In this document: positions 23,201 through 35,970 of the stretch, one piece after another
Layout of the letters: every line of letters starts with the position of its first letter
How positions within the stretch are numbered: position 1 is the first letter of the stretch
Virus record (IMG/VR): IMGVR_UViG_3300012016_000001
Location: 64,001 to 128,000 of that record
Strand: one strand, 5' to 3'
DNA length: 64,000 nucleotides
Origin: a virus
Taxonomy: Duplodnaviria > Heunggongvirae > Uroviricota > Caudoviricetes
Position numbers and translations under genes: made by a program
Notes under the pieces: generated by a model
The model's database searches: none
Seen by the model: only the letters and a program-made list of their open reading frames with translations
What the model was told of the DNA's origin: nothing

Positions 23201-26200
23201 GCTCCAGTAGGAGTGGGTTCTGGTTCAGGTTCAGTAGTAGTAATTACTTCATTATTAACTGGTTCTATATCTTCAGGTAGGAATACTAAAGCAGGATCTT
23301 CTTCATAGAAACTTTCTGGTATTGGAACTTCATCTAATGAAGGTTCCCCAGTCTCTTCAGTTTTCGGTTCTTCAGTTTTCGGTTCTTCAGTTTTCGGTTC
23401 CTCAGTCTTTTTAGGTTCAACTTTCTTCTCTTCAGGTTTAGGCAGTTTTTTGTATTTTCCAAGAATTGCTTCAATATCCTATTTTCTTGATTCAGTAAAT
23501 GCTTTTTTAGCTTCATCGCTCAAATTTACAGACTAAGTAGTATATTCTTCTTGTTTATTACCTATTCCATATTTACCTTGAATTCCTTTACTAATTTGTC
23601 CCCTATCTATAATAATACTGCCATTACGACTACGTGTAATCATAGTATATATGTCCTATAGATAAGGCATTATGTGTCCTCCCTTTAAAACAGAATCGTC
23701 CTCAGTAATTTGGTCAAAATCTTTGTCCACTATTACATAGTCAAATTCTTGACCTTGAACATTAAGTGGGTCTATATGCTTAATTTTTTTAAGAACTGAA
23801 CGTAATTTAGTAAATGTAGCACTATTTACATCACCAACAAATGCTATAGGTACAGCCTATGGATTCTACTATAGAGATGTTGCTTCTAACATTTGTAACC
23901 TAGTTAGATCTTCATCGGATAAATCAGAAACAAATTTATCTCCATTTAACGTAGTTTCATTTTCATAGAAACTTAGGCTAAGTCCCTTCAGTTTTTCCAT
24001 TACTTCTTTAACTACAGCAGCTCCATTCTATTCATTAGAAGCCCTTAATTTGTCCATTAAAGTAGTAAGTAATTTCTAGTTGTATGTTTTCCATACATTT
24101 CCAGAACGTAAAGATATGTTAAGTCTTGGAGTTCTATAAGCTAATACTACCTCCCTTTGAATATTCTATAATGGAGAATTTAGTTTTATTTCCTTATTGA
24201 AGCCTTTCTAGTTCTCATCTCCCAGCAATGTAATTTTAGCACCAGTTAATTTGGCATACTGTCCTAATGCCTATAAAGTCAATGTATCTATATGTGTAGC
24301 CTCATCAATTACTATATGCTTAGGAGCATTAGTCGTTATAAAGTAAGAAGATAAATCATTAAGTACAAAAGTCTTAGATTTATCTAGACCTGTTCCTATT
24401 TTATAGTCAGTTTGTACTTTACCTTTATTATTTCCAAGTATAGTCTATAATATCTAATCAACAGTCATTCCTTCAGCTGAAGGTGCAACTCCCTTTAGTC
24501 CATTTACTTGATCTTCTGTTGGACCAGATATCCAAGTTTTTTCTTTTGGATTAATAGCAAACTTAGCTTCTACTTGTGACTTACCTGCCCCTCCTAGTCC
24601 AGTATATATTCTAGTATTATATAGTATAGGAAGCTATAATCCTTTAGCTGTAGCTATATTCTTTAGTTTATCAAGAGTCTCATTTATTATTTCAGGATGT
24701 GTATCTAACGCCATCCCTAATAACATTCCAGGCTATTGTGTAGCAATAGGAGCTATAGCAGAATTATTATTTATAAAGTCTAATTCTTTATTTAAATAGT
24801 CTATTGGGTCTACAGCCATTAAAGAAGCAAAGTACATTAACTAATCATACTTTGTGAATGATGCTCCAGTTAAGTCCTGGTCTATTTTTGATGTCATTCC
24901 AGATAATAAAGCATCATCATCTCCTATAGCTTTTATTAAAGAATCTAATATCTAAGAAGTTGTAACTCCTTTAGCAAGTAATTTTTGTACATTATTATGA
25001 AAAAGATTTTCAAGTACAAAACTAGATTCAAGGTCATCTCTGTCAGTTACTCTTTCAAATCCTTCTGATAATTCATCTAAATATGGAATGTCTACAGCAT
25101 TTGGAACTACAACATTTTTAAGAATATCGACTCTTGCAGCATTAAGTCCTTCTAATGTTTTCCATAGAGCTTCAACCTTATTATCAGAATTCATTTTACC
25201 TACTTCCATCCACTAATTGATTTCTTTTTCATATTGTTCTAAAGATAACATTAATGAACTTCCAGTCTAATTATCTAATGTATACAAGTCTTCAAAATTC
25301 TTAAATGCTTCTTCTCCAGCTTTACTATGGTCATGTACAAACTAATTTATAGTTTTATTATAAGCGTACCTTTCATTATCGGCTAAATTAGCCTCCATAT
25401 AAGTTGAAGCTACTATAGCTTTAGTAAATTTTATTAACTATAATGAATCTTTTAAATACTTCTTTTGTTCATCAGACAATTCAAAGTCATTAGGATTTTC
25501 TTGGTTAACCCATATTTTATGAATAGTTTCAAGTCCTTTTTGTATATCAACTTGTTCTCCACCTAGAGCTGCAGCTACTACACTTATAATTTTCTATGCA
25601 GGACCTTCTAATTCAATCTTAGACTCTAAGTCTTCAATAAGTCTTAAATCTTCATTAGTAGTTAATTCGTTTATTATTTTTTCAACCTGAGATTCTCTAT
25701 GAGTATACTCTAAGTCCTTTTCTTCTTGTTTCTTTCTCTCTACATAGTCCTCTCTCCAATCAGTAAACTGTAAGTCTTTTGCCAAGTCATTTAATAAATC
25801 TTTTTTACGTGTTTCATCAGATTCTATATAGTCTTGGCTAGCTTCTAATTCCTATCTTCTTTGTACGTATGTGTTATAAGCATTAATGAGGTCTAGTTCT
25901 GGTAAATCTTCAGTTGTTATTGCAGTTCCTAATTCTTCTGGAGTTTGATCTTCACTAGTTTCTTCGTTATGTATTTTAGTGGTATTATAAAGTTCTGTTA
26001 TTTTTTCTTTAATGTCCTGTCCATTTAATTGTTCATAAATAGCAGCCATATCTATTTTATCACCTAATAAGGGACGTAATACATCAAATAAATAGTAGAG
26101 ATCTTCTAGTTCAGCAAAATAAAAGTTTTCTCCTTCTCCTAATATATCTCTTGCTTTTTCTGACCATTTATCCTCAACTATTTTATCAACACTAGCTCTT

Positions 26201-29200
26201 ACTGCTGTTCTAAGTTCATCAGGTGTAGGATTACCATTTAAAGCATCTAGGACCACTTTATCACTTACTATACGAGATATAATTTGTTTTTTAAATTGTT
26301 CTGAAGTCTTTCCCATCTAAGCAAGAAAACGTCTCTTTACATTAGAATCCATATAAGAAGATTGCGCAGCTAAATCTTTAATCCACTCTTTCCAATGTGA
26401 ATTATGCTCATCAATTATTTGCTATCTTTCTAATCTTCTTGTTATAAATTCTTGTGGGTCTTCTCCAGGTTTTGGACGATTACGATATTCATATTCTTCA
26501 TCATCATCAGTACCAAGACGTGTATCTGCATTCCATTTAATTACTGTAGGATCATAGTCTTCTAGTTTCTTAGTAATGTCTTCCCAAAAATTATAATAGT
26601 TGATGTCAATATCATCAAGCAAAGGCACTTTTCCCATATCATTCTATCTAAGTAGTTTATACTACATATTCTAGAATATACGGAAAGCATAATCAAGAGT
26701 ATCTTTTACATTATGATTCTTACTATATTCTTCCCATTGCTGGTCCATTTTTTGTTTTGCAGTACCAGATAACTAACTATAATCCCATCCTTTTGCTTGT
26801 GCATATTGTTCAACATTAGTAACTATGAATCCAGAAGATAGACCTGGATGCATAGCAAATAACATTTTTTGCATATAATCAAGAGAATGTTCTCCATTGA
26901 AGAATTTATCTCTTTCTAATCTTGCATTATTAAGTGCTTCATCAAGTTCATCTATACGACGTTTATCAACTTCTGTATCCTTTTTAGATAGTTCTTCTGC
27001 TTTCATTTGCTCGATATCAATTATTCTATCAACAAGCTATTGATAGCGTTCTTGATATCCTGTTACATAAGAATTATCTCTTAATTCCATAGCTAGTCTC
27101 ATGTAACGTTCATCAGAGAGAACTAAGTTTTTAAACAAATCGTCTTCTGTTTTATTTAGTCTATTACGTTGAATAATTTCTTCTAACTAGTCGACACTCT
27201 AATTAAGAACATTAAACACAAAGTCATTCTATGATTGATGTTGACTATCTGCAGTTATAAATACTGGTTTATTACTTACTCTACTGTCTACTAAATAAGA
27301 AAGTTCAGTACTTCCTAACTGTCCTTTTTTATGTAAATCAGCTATAGCATCTCTAACTTCTTGAGCTTTTCCCTATCTAATAAGTAAGTGTAATGCTTTT
27401 GCCGCCTGTTTTTGTTGTATACCTGGGTCTTTAAGATAGAATAGTCCTCCACCAACAGCACCTCCTAAGAAAGACATTAAGTATCTATCTCCTGCATTTT
27501 CCCAAGCACCATAGCTTTTTTGTGATGTCCATCCATATTGTCCAGCTATTTCGAATAGTGATTTAGTTAAATCAGTTACAAGTTCTTCTGAAACTTCTTC
27601 TAAACCTTCACCTACTGCTTTTCCTAAGAAGCCTAAAGTACGCTCTTTTGCTTTACTTTCAAATAATTTAACTATTCGTTTTCCGGATTCTATTCCAGAC
27701 ATAAACCATTTACCTAGATTCTTTCTCTAAGCTTCTTGAGTTACCTCGGTACCTACTTTAGTACCACCATATTTAGCTAAATTTTCAGTAATTCTTCCTG
27801 CTTCTTCTCTTGCAGTAGCTCTAAACATATATTTTGGGTCAGCAGCATCAAAGAACATTTCTCCAAGGCCTAGGAACTTATCAACTAAAAACATACTAAC
27901 AGTACTTCCTAAAGCCATAAGAGCAGCTTCTCCTCTTGTTGCTCCTTTTTCTAAAGCAGTTTGATATACATCTGTATTAGAAACTATAGCCATATAACCA
28001 AGAGATAAATCCTGTCCTATACGGGCATATTTATTTAGTTTATCCATAGCTGGAGTTAAGAACTACTCTTGTGCAGCTCTTCCATAAACTGTTCTTTCCC
28101 AGTCACCACTCTTTATGAGATTTTCAAATCCTTCTTTAGTTTCTGCACCAGCTAGTTCTCTTACTCTGCCTATTTCAATTTCTCCATTACGGGAACTATT
28201 AAGTAAACTATTGGCTTGTTTTCTATACTAATTAAGTGCTTTACCTTTGGCGGCATCAATCACTGCTTCTGAGTTCTTACTTAGTTTTTGGAAAGATTTT
28301 ACAATCCACTTTTGTTGTCCCCATTGTAAAGCTACATCTGATACTAAATTGCCAAAGTTCTCAAATGAAAACATATGGTCTTTAGCATAATCAGATGTAC
28401 TTGTACTAAACCTATTAGCAACACCAGCTAGATTATTTAACATAGGAAGTTCAGCATTGTCAGTAAATAGGGCACTACCTATACCATATAGCATTGGTGC
28501 TGCTTTAAATAGTTCTCTTAATACTAAAGCTCCTGAATAATATGGTGCTAAAGGTGTAAGCATGGGTAAGAAACTAACTATTGTTTTGGCTACTGTACCT
28601 GGAACACTTTTATCAATTCCATCAGAATCAAAAAAATCATATTTATTAATTCCTTTATTATCAATAGTCATGTTATCAAAAACACTAAGAGCATCTTTAC
28701 CGAGCATAGAACGCCCTCCTAGTGTTTCGTAGTAAGGAACACCATTAGCATTAAGTTTCTTTTGTCCCTTTGTGTGCTTAACCTCTCTTCCTAATATTGG
28801 ATCATAATGCGTACCATTTTCATCATATGTTGCTAGTACTAAAGGGTTTTCCCATAACTGTGCTATCCAACTAAAAGGATTAGTAGTTAAAGCATGATCA
28901 TTTGGAGTATAATCTCTATACACTCCTTTTTCATAATCGAATACTTTTTCTCTTTGGGCTATTTCTCTATCAGACAAGGTTCTTCTCCCGACTTTATTTG
29001 GACCTACTATACCCATACTTACGCGTTCAGGGTTAGGCATTAAAGTCAGTACCATTCCAAAGGGCTATACTTTATCTCCAGGTCTACGTCTAGTGTCGAA
29101 GGGGCTATATTCATAATCGTCCACAGCTCCAGCCTATGCAAATTCCTAGAAATCTTTTAGTTTCTATTGATAGAACTGAGCAAATTTTTCTTCACTAAAA

Positions 29201-29373
29201 CTTCCACTACTATCTGCAAATAATGGATTTTCTCTAATAAATTTACTCTTAGTATACTAATCTTGAGTTAGCATTTGAGTATTTTCTAGATTTAGTCCTG
29301 CAATATTTCTAAATTCTGCAGGACTGAAATCTGGATTATTTATACTAGCAACTATATAATCGTTCTGTTTCAT
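20224..29373 (-). CDS. Giant virion cargo protein, 3049 aa (TAG=Gln), with hydrophobic N-terminal segments and a central SF1 helicase domain
   Basis: Fragments 20224 to 28228 are in one frame; start MKQNDYIVASINNPDF at 29373. Walker A GLGGAGKS 24577-24600, IDEA about 24298-24309, LLGDENQ about 24208-24228, VQGQEFD about 23740-23760 and YTMITRS about 23630-23650. Confidence 0.82.
23356..23400. repeat. 3 x 15-bp exact tandem repeat encoding an (EPKTE)3 linker
   Basis: TTCAGTTTTCGGTTC occurs three times in a Pro/Glu-rich linker just C-terminal to the helicase domain. Confidence 0.9.
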
Positions 29374-31304
29374 TGAATTAATTGATCGCTACCAGCGTTA
29401 ATATTTCTATCTAGTTTACCTGCCTAGTCTGCCTAATAATCAGCTTCTTTACGTAATGCTGAAGACTCGTTAATAGTCTAACCCCAAGCATTAGCAGCTT
29501 GTAAGTTATTATTAGTAAGAGGTATAAATACGTTTGCATGATAAACTTCATCAACAGCTCCAAACCAGTCAAGTGGATTTAACCAGTTATGTGTGTCTAC
29601 TTCATAAGCAGTCTTACCATCAGGACTTAAAACTGTCTTCATCATATTTAATATATTATCATCTGAACCTTCATTTTCCATATAATGGGACTATTTATAT
29701 GCAGGATTTATAGCACTTAATACATTATCTGTAGTGTAACCCTCAACCATTAAGAAAGTTCCAAATTTTCTCTTATCTATTTGTCCATCTCCAAGTAAAT
29801 ATTCACCTAAACCTTTCTCTTTAATTTTCTTTCCTACAGCTTCCCACCATTCATCAGTACCTTGAGCGTATTGAGTTACTGAGTGTGTAATTTCTTTAAA
29901 TTCATCTAGTAATGATAAATCTACACTCTAATTTCCTAATGTATCATATTTACATGGGAGTATAGCAACAATACCACCGCCTTCTTTATATACAATATCT
30001 TTTAGATATTCTGAAGGAACCTAAATATCTCCGAAAGTAATTCCACCGTAACCTCTAACAACTCCTCCTATACCAGTCTTATTGAGCATATTACTAATGC
30101 TAGTAGTGCCTGGGTCTCTTTCAGTTAATTTACTCCATTGTACACCAACAGTACCCATTGCTTCATTTCCATCAGAAGTAACAAAATGCATAGGTACAGT
30201 TGTTCCTCCCTATAGATTGATAAGGTCTTGTAATGGGTTATCATGTTCGTCTTTTAATTCCGTATTCCCACCACTCTTGGAGTCAGTTTTCTTTTTAGTA
30301 CTAATAGTAGGACTCCATATTCTAGAAATAAGACTTGACTATTTAACATTAACACTTGTTTTAGAACCGATAAGGTCGGTAAGGAATCCAAGAACTCCAG
30401 AACCTCCATTCTACATAGAATGATAAGCAATTAAAGCCTATTCCTGAGGTTTAAGGGTCTAAATTATAGAACTAATAGCTTGTTGTGCTTGTTCAACCTA
30501 CTATTCTGTAGCTTTTCCAGAACGTACAATCATCATACTTCCTAAAGCCTAACCAACGTCCTATCCTTCTTCGTTTAAGTCCTATATAAATTCAACTCCT
30601 TTTGCTATAGACTTCATTTCATCACTCAATAGTTCTTGGTTAGTTTTACCTAAAGTTTTAACAAGACTATTTATTTTTTCGATTATGCTATCCATTCCTA
30701 TTCCTGATATATTACCTAATATATCATTTCTAAACGCAAATCCTTGATTTTTATCTCTTATATCAAGTAAATCGTGATTGGTTAATACTTGATATGCTCC
30801 TGGAGCGGACATATACTAGTCTACAGTAATTTTATCAAGTCCGTTTTCATCTAATACTATTAGATTACCGTTTGAATCTACAGCTACTTCATTTAAACTA
30901 TTATTTTTTTCTAATTGTGTTCTTATATTGTCAAACTCCTACCAGTTATTCCTTAAGGCATTTACTTTAGCTAAGTTACTTAAATACTTAGTTGCTAAAG
31001 AAGATACTGAAATTTCTCCATCAAAAGAGGTTAATAATTCTCCCTATATAATTTTAGCAAAATCTTCTATAGCAAAATTTACATCAGAAGTTAAACCTTT
31101 AACATTATCAAAAACCTAAATAACATCTTTTAATGTTAGTGTATCTTCTTTCTTGGAACTTTTAGTACTTGTAGTACTGCTTGTAGTACTGCTTGTAGTA
31201 CTAGCTGATGCAGGCTATACATCTAGAGGAGTATAGGAAGCCGAATATTGAGCAAATCTGCCTCCTATTTGACTTCCTCCTTTAGCAAATTTTAATATCT
31301 TCAT
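29370..31304 (-). CDS. Probable virion cargo protein, 644 aa (TAG=Gln)
   Basis: Starts MKILKFAKGG at 31304. Fragments 29478 and 30582 are in frame. The TGA at 29370 overlaps the next ATG. Confidence 0.75.
31168..31203. repeat. 3 x 12-bp tandem repeat encoding a Ser/Thr linker (STTS)3
   Basis: CTTGTAGTACTG x2 plus CTTGTAGTACTA. Confidence 0.85.
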
Positions 31305-34300
31305 CGTCTCAAAGATTTAATAAATTCTAATTTTCCTCCTTTTTTACTAACGGCAAGGTCTTTGTCCTTTATACCATGTAATTTATCTGGAGTTTTGATT
31401 CTTCCACCATATAAAGAGTAATATTGTTGATAATATTTTTCTCTTCCGTCTTTTAAATATCCAGCCATTAATTCTTGATATTTAGCTAGTTGTTCAGGCT
31501 TATAGTTACCTGTAGATACAGCGTTATGTAGTTCTGGATATAAAGTCTACATTTGTTCAATAGCATACTCTCTAGGAGTCTACATCATATTTTTAGTAGC
31601 TTCATTATATACTGCTTTCTTCTCTAGATATTTTCCAGCATATAAATTAGTTAAGTTATCTACAGCTCCTACAGTTGCATCTACTCTAGCTTTATCTTTA
31701 GCATTCTGCATATCAAATCTATCAGAAAGATAGTCGTACATTAACTTTCTATTTATAAAGGCAGTGTCACGTGCATCTTCTAAATCCTTCATATCAAGCT
31801 GTACAGCAGCTTCATGAGTAACAGCTTGTTTATTAGCGTCAAGTAATCGTGCTTTATCGTCGATTTCTCTACCTATTCTTCCAGACTCGAAGTCTGCAGC
31901 TAAGTTAAGTGACTAGTCGGATACCTATCTAAGACGTTGTATTGTTCTTAAATCAGCAGACTAATTTCCTGCATTTGCTATTGCAGCATAATCACCTATA
32001 GTATCAAGTTTTCTATCAATGAAATCTTTAGAATACCAAAGTGGCTATCTATCCAACATTCTATCAAACATCCAGTCATTTGACAAGATATTAGTAGCAG
32101 CTCTAGCTCCTATAAGTAACGCTCTTGGGTCTAAAGGTTTCTTTAATTCAGCTTTTGGTAACTGTTTTTGAAGTCTTTCAGTTTCTGTATCCTATGGTTT
32201 TATAGCCTACGGTTTTTGGTCTCCTTCATTGTTAGGATCTACATTCTGTTTAGAATTGTCTATAGGTAATATTCTATAGTATTTATCATTTGGGTCTAAT
32301 TCCATTTTAAAGCCTTTAGCCTGTAAAGCTGTCTACCATTTAGCTAATTGTTCAGGAGGCCAGTCACCTTCTCTTCCTAAAAGTCTTCTATCATCAGTCA
32401 TTTGACTATATAAACCATCAGGAGAGCCTCTAAACTACCTTTTATTTACTTCTAAAGTTCCTCTTTTATTTGAACCTGAAAAATCATAATGTTTTGGAGT
32501 ATTATATGCTTTTCCTATACCATTAGTGTTATATGGATTACCTGTATCGTATCCATTAAACCCTGTTTGATACTAAGTTTGATAGTTTTTTACTGATTCA
32601 TTTTCATAGGCTTTTCCTCTCCAAGAACCGTTCTTACCACCAGCTGCATTATAAATACCAGCATGACTTCCTTGCATCGTATTTAGCCAATTTACGTACC
32701 CTTTAGTGCTTAGACCATCTAATATGTGCTATCTATAACCACTAAATACATTGTTATACCAGTTATATCCTTCTCCAGCACCTATACCTGTTTTACCTCC
32801 TTCTTGGTATTTAACTGCTCCTCCAGTCCTCAAGAACTTAAAGTATCCTCCTAGTTCATGCTTTCTAGCTCTTTTAGGCTTATTGTTTTTCTTTTTATTC
32901 TCTACAGGCTTAACAGTTTCTGTAGGCTTAGCGGTTTCCGCAGGTTTAACCTGTGGTTCAACATCTGGCTATTGTAAAGGTTTATTATCTGGAACATTAG
33001 GCTATGTCCTTGCACTATAATATTTAGTATACGGATTTGTAAAGTTTATTTTCTTAAAATTAAGATTTTCAACTCCTTCTACTAGATTTTCATCTCCCCA
33101 CCAATGATTACGTTTACCTTTTACTTCTATTTTAGACTATCCAGGAGTATATCTAAATATTCCAAAATGCTAAGAAGTATTAAATGGATTATAATCTTTA
33201 TGCTCTAACTTTACTCCTGTTCCTAATAACTTTTCAGATAGTTTATTACGTGCATCAACACTGCGAACCTTCCTTAATTTATTATAAGTATCATCAGATA
33301 CTGATGTCCATCCATTAGTTGTCTTAATTTCGTACTAAGGCTCTGTTGTATCAACTTTATCTTTTACCATTGCTGATTTTTTAACCTTAGTAGCTACAGA
33401 TCGTCCATGGCCGCTTACTATTTGTACTGCCTATTTTACGTTATCCCAATCGTCTAAGGTCATAGTAGATGGATTTGGTATCTTTTTAATTGATGCTATT
33501 AATTCATTAGCATTACTTAGTCCATCCATAGTGTTTAACCACTAAGTTATTTTTGGAACTGCCCATAAGAGATTTTTTGCTACTTTTGCTCCTTTACTAA
33601 CACCACCTAAGCCAGGAATAAGTCCCATAACATCTGCTGCAAGTCCAACTCCAGCATTTTTAGTAGCCTCCCACATTCCTCTTCCATCAGCTAAATCAGC
33701 ACCAAAGTTAGTAGCTGTGCTGCCTAAGCCTAATAGTGCAGAAGTAGCAGTACCATAACCTGGAACAAATGCTGCCGCTATAGAACCTATATCTGCTATA
33801 GAAGAATATAATCTAGCCTTTTCTGCAGATGTAAACTTTACTTCTTGAGAAGGTTTTTCAGCAGTAGGTTCCTAAGAAACTACTTCAGGAGCATTATATT
33901 CTATGGCAGCTGCAGGTGGTACATAACTACCTCCCTATAATTTTAATATTCCACCTTCTTTTTCAAATAGGGTATTACCTAAAGCATCTCCTAATGTAGG
34001 ATATTTTAATATATTAGATTTTACTAGACGTTTGTTATAAGTGTCTAATAATAATATATCTCCAGTCTTTCTATAAGTTCCTGGTATGTAAAATAAATCA
34101 TTTCCTACTTTTATTGGCTTTTGTCTATCATCTACATATGCGTAAACACTTTCTGTGTCACTAGTAGGCATTTTATACGTAAGCTATGCTAAACCTTCCC
34201 ATAACTGTTTTGAAGGCATAGTAAATTCATTACCTTTTTCTTTGTATTTTAATCCTCCTGAATTAGGAGTAAATAAACTTTCCCAGTTCCCTTTTAATCT

Positions 34301-35503
34301 TTCTAAGAACTATGATACTGAAGCGTTAGTATCTATAAAATGCTATTTATAGTTCTAATCAGCAGTTAAAACATCTACAAAAACCGAACCTGCATCCTGA
34401 ATTGGGGTTAATTCATCTAGTGTATTACTAGAAATAAACTCCTTTGGAACGCCCCAACCTTCCTTTCTTTTTCCCTAAGAATCTGCAGGACCGTTATTGA
34501 CTCCTCTTACCCTACGGATCGTTCCGTCAGTCGCTTCAAATGTAGCTCCTTTATTAAACCATATTGGTTCACTTGTTCTTTGTTGTCTTAATTTCCATAA
34601 GTCTCTACCATTCTTTCTATCTGAATGAATTGTATTTAACTCATTTACTGCATTATCAAAGAAATCAGCATAACCATTGTTATAATATGTATCTGCACCT
34701 CTATTTTGGTACCATCCTAAACGGATTTGATTTTGAGCGTCTTGTTCAGCCTATTGATACTGTGCAATTTGTTGTTCAACTGTTAAAGGTTTCTAAGTAT
34801 TTTCAGCTTTTGCTGCAGTAGCTCTTTTAAGTAAATTCGGAATACCTAGATTACCAAATTGTCTTCCATAATCACCATTTGGGTTAGTAGTTATCTAAGT
34901 AGCTAGTGTAGCCATAGCACTTGCTAAACCTTCTTTACCTAAATCCTTATATGCTTCATCAACATCCTCTACATCAGTACCTCTTAGATATGCAGCTTCT
35001 TTATTAAGGAACTATGATAAGTGCGAGGCTCTTATAGCCTAATCAGCAGTTCCCCACCATGTATTATCTAGATTTAAAGCAGTACTTCCTCTCTATACAG
35101 AATTGTTAAATCTTTTTATTAAACTCTATGTTGAATATTTAGATTTTTTAAATTCTTCAGTTTTTTCTTCTTTTGGGGTAGAAAGTAAGGCTCTTCCCTT
35201 ATTTCCTATATAATTGAGAGCAATCTAATGTGCCCATTTATCATACTTATCCCTATTTGGAGAATATAATTGACTCTTAAAATTATAAGTTCCATTTGCA
35301 GACCTTGACATCATATCTCCATTTGATATTCTTCCAACTAAGTTGGACATTGCTTTACGTATCGCTGCTGCTTCCTACTTATGATAAGTTCTATCTACAT
35401 CAGCATAATATCCATTAAGGCCTGCATCAATATCTTTTAACCATTGGTCAACGTCTATCTCTCCAGTTCCAAAATTAAATTTTTTCTTGCTATCTGGTTC
35501 CAT
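31301..35503 (-). CDS. Probable virion cargo protein with a Gly/Ala-rich hydrophobic helical region, 1400 aa (TAG=Gln)
   Basis: Starts MEPDSKKKFNFG at 35503. Fragments 31580 and 33935 are in frame, and I spot-checked the frame at 32.8, 33.0, 34.2 and 35.4 kb. TGA at 31301. Contains KYQEGG and 'DGLYSQMTDDRRLLGREGD'. Confidence 0.75.
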
Positions 35504-35518
35504 AGTCGTATTATATTA

Positions 35519-35553
35519 TAAAAGGGGGCACACAATTTCTTGTATGTCCCCTT
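35519..35553 (-). terminator. Intrinsic terminator-like hairpin downstream of the 107-aa gene
   Basis: Minus strand reads GGGGACATACAA-GAAA-TTGTGTGCCCCC-TTTT, followed by an A/T-rich tail. Confidence 0.7.
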
Positions 35554-35562
35554 CAGTTATTT

Positions 35563-35886
35563 TTATTTTATAACTCTAGCTAATTTACCACCTCTGCGAT
35601 ATACAGGTTCTCCTTCTGGAGCAGGCTGTTCTTGAGGAGCGCCTTGGCTTTGCTGTGCTAACTGAACGAGTGCTTGACATACAGCCATAGCAGCTTGGCA
35701 ATCTTGATTTTGTAGAGCTTGCATACTCATCTGTAATAGTTGTTGTAATGGATCTCCTCCTTCTGCGCCACCTTCAGGTCCTGCGGGTGCGCCTGCTGGT
35801 GCTCCACCTGGAGCTGCTCCTGCTGGGGCTTGTTCTTGTGGAGGCATAGCTCCACCTTCTTGAAATTTTCTAAAATTGTACTTCAT
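35563..35886 (-). CDS. Small Gln/Ala/Pro/Gly-rich virion protein, 107 aa
   Basis: Intact ORF MKYNFRKFQEGG...YRRGGKLARVIK with a central helical Q-rich core. It has 17 Gln and none is encoded by TAG. Confidence 0.8.
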   Translation of the reverse strand: MKYNFRKFQEGGAMPPQEQAPAGAAPGGAPAGAPAGPEGGAEGGDPLQQLLQMSMQALQNQDCQAAMAVCQALVQLAQQSQGAPQEQPAPEGEPVYRRGGKLARVIK

Positions 35887-35919
35887 AATTATTAGTTTAA
35901 TTAAACTTCTTATACATAG

Positions 35920-35927
35920 CGAATCTA
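35920..35927 (-). promoter_or_regulatory. Possible Bacteroidota-type -7 promoter element upstream of the 107-aa gene
   Basis: TAGATTCG on the minus strand (one mismatch to TAnnTTTG), in an 84-bp intergenic gap, 33 nt upstream of the ATG. No clear -33 TTTG. Confidence 0.35.
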
Positions 35928-35970
35928 TATAAATTCTCTATATTTAAAAAGGAAAACACTTAAAAATATA

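Noticed and set aside
23334-23516. Track ORF 'MKLKKHLL...RKLKNRKLKNRKLK' as a basic repeat protein
   Set aside because: It is an alternative frame of the EPKTE linker repeat within the 3049-aa gene.
23356-31203. Short tandem repeats as CRISPR or DGR elements
   Set aside because: They are three in-frame copies of 12-15 bp with no spacers, and encode protein linkers. I noticed no template/variable repeat pair, reverse transcriptase or cas gene.
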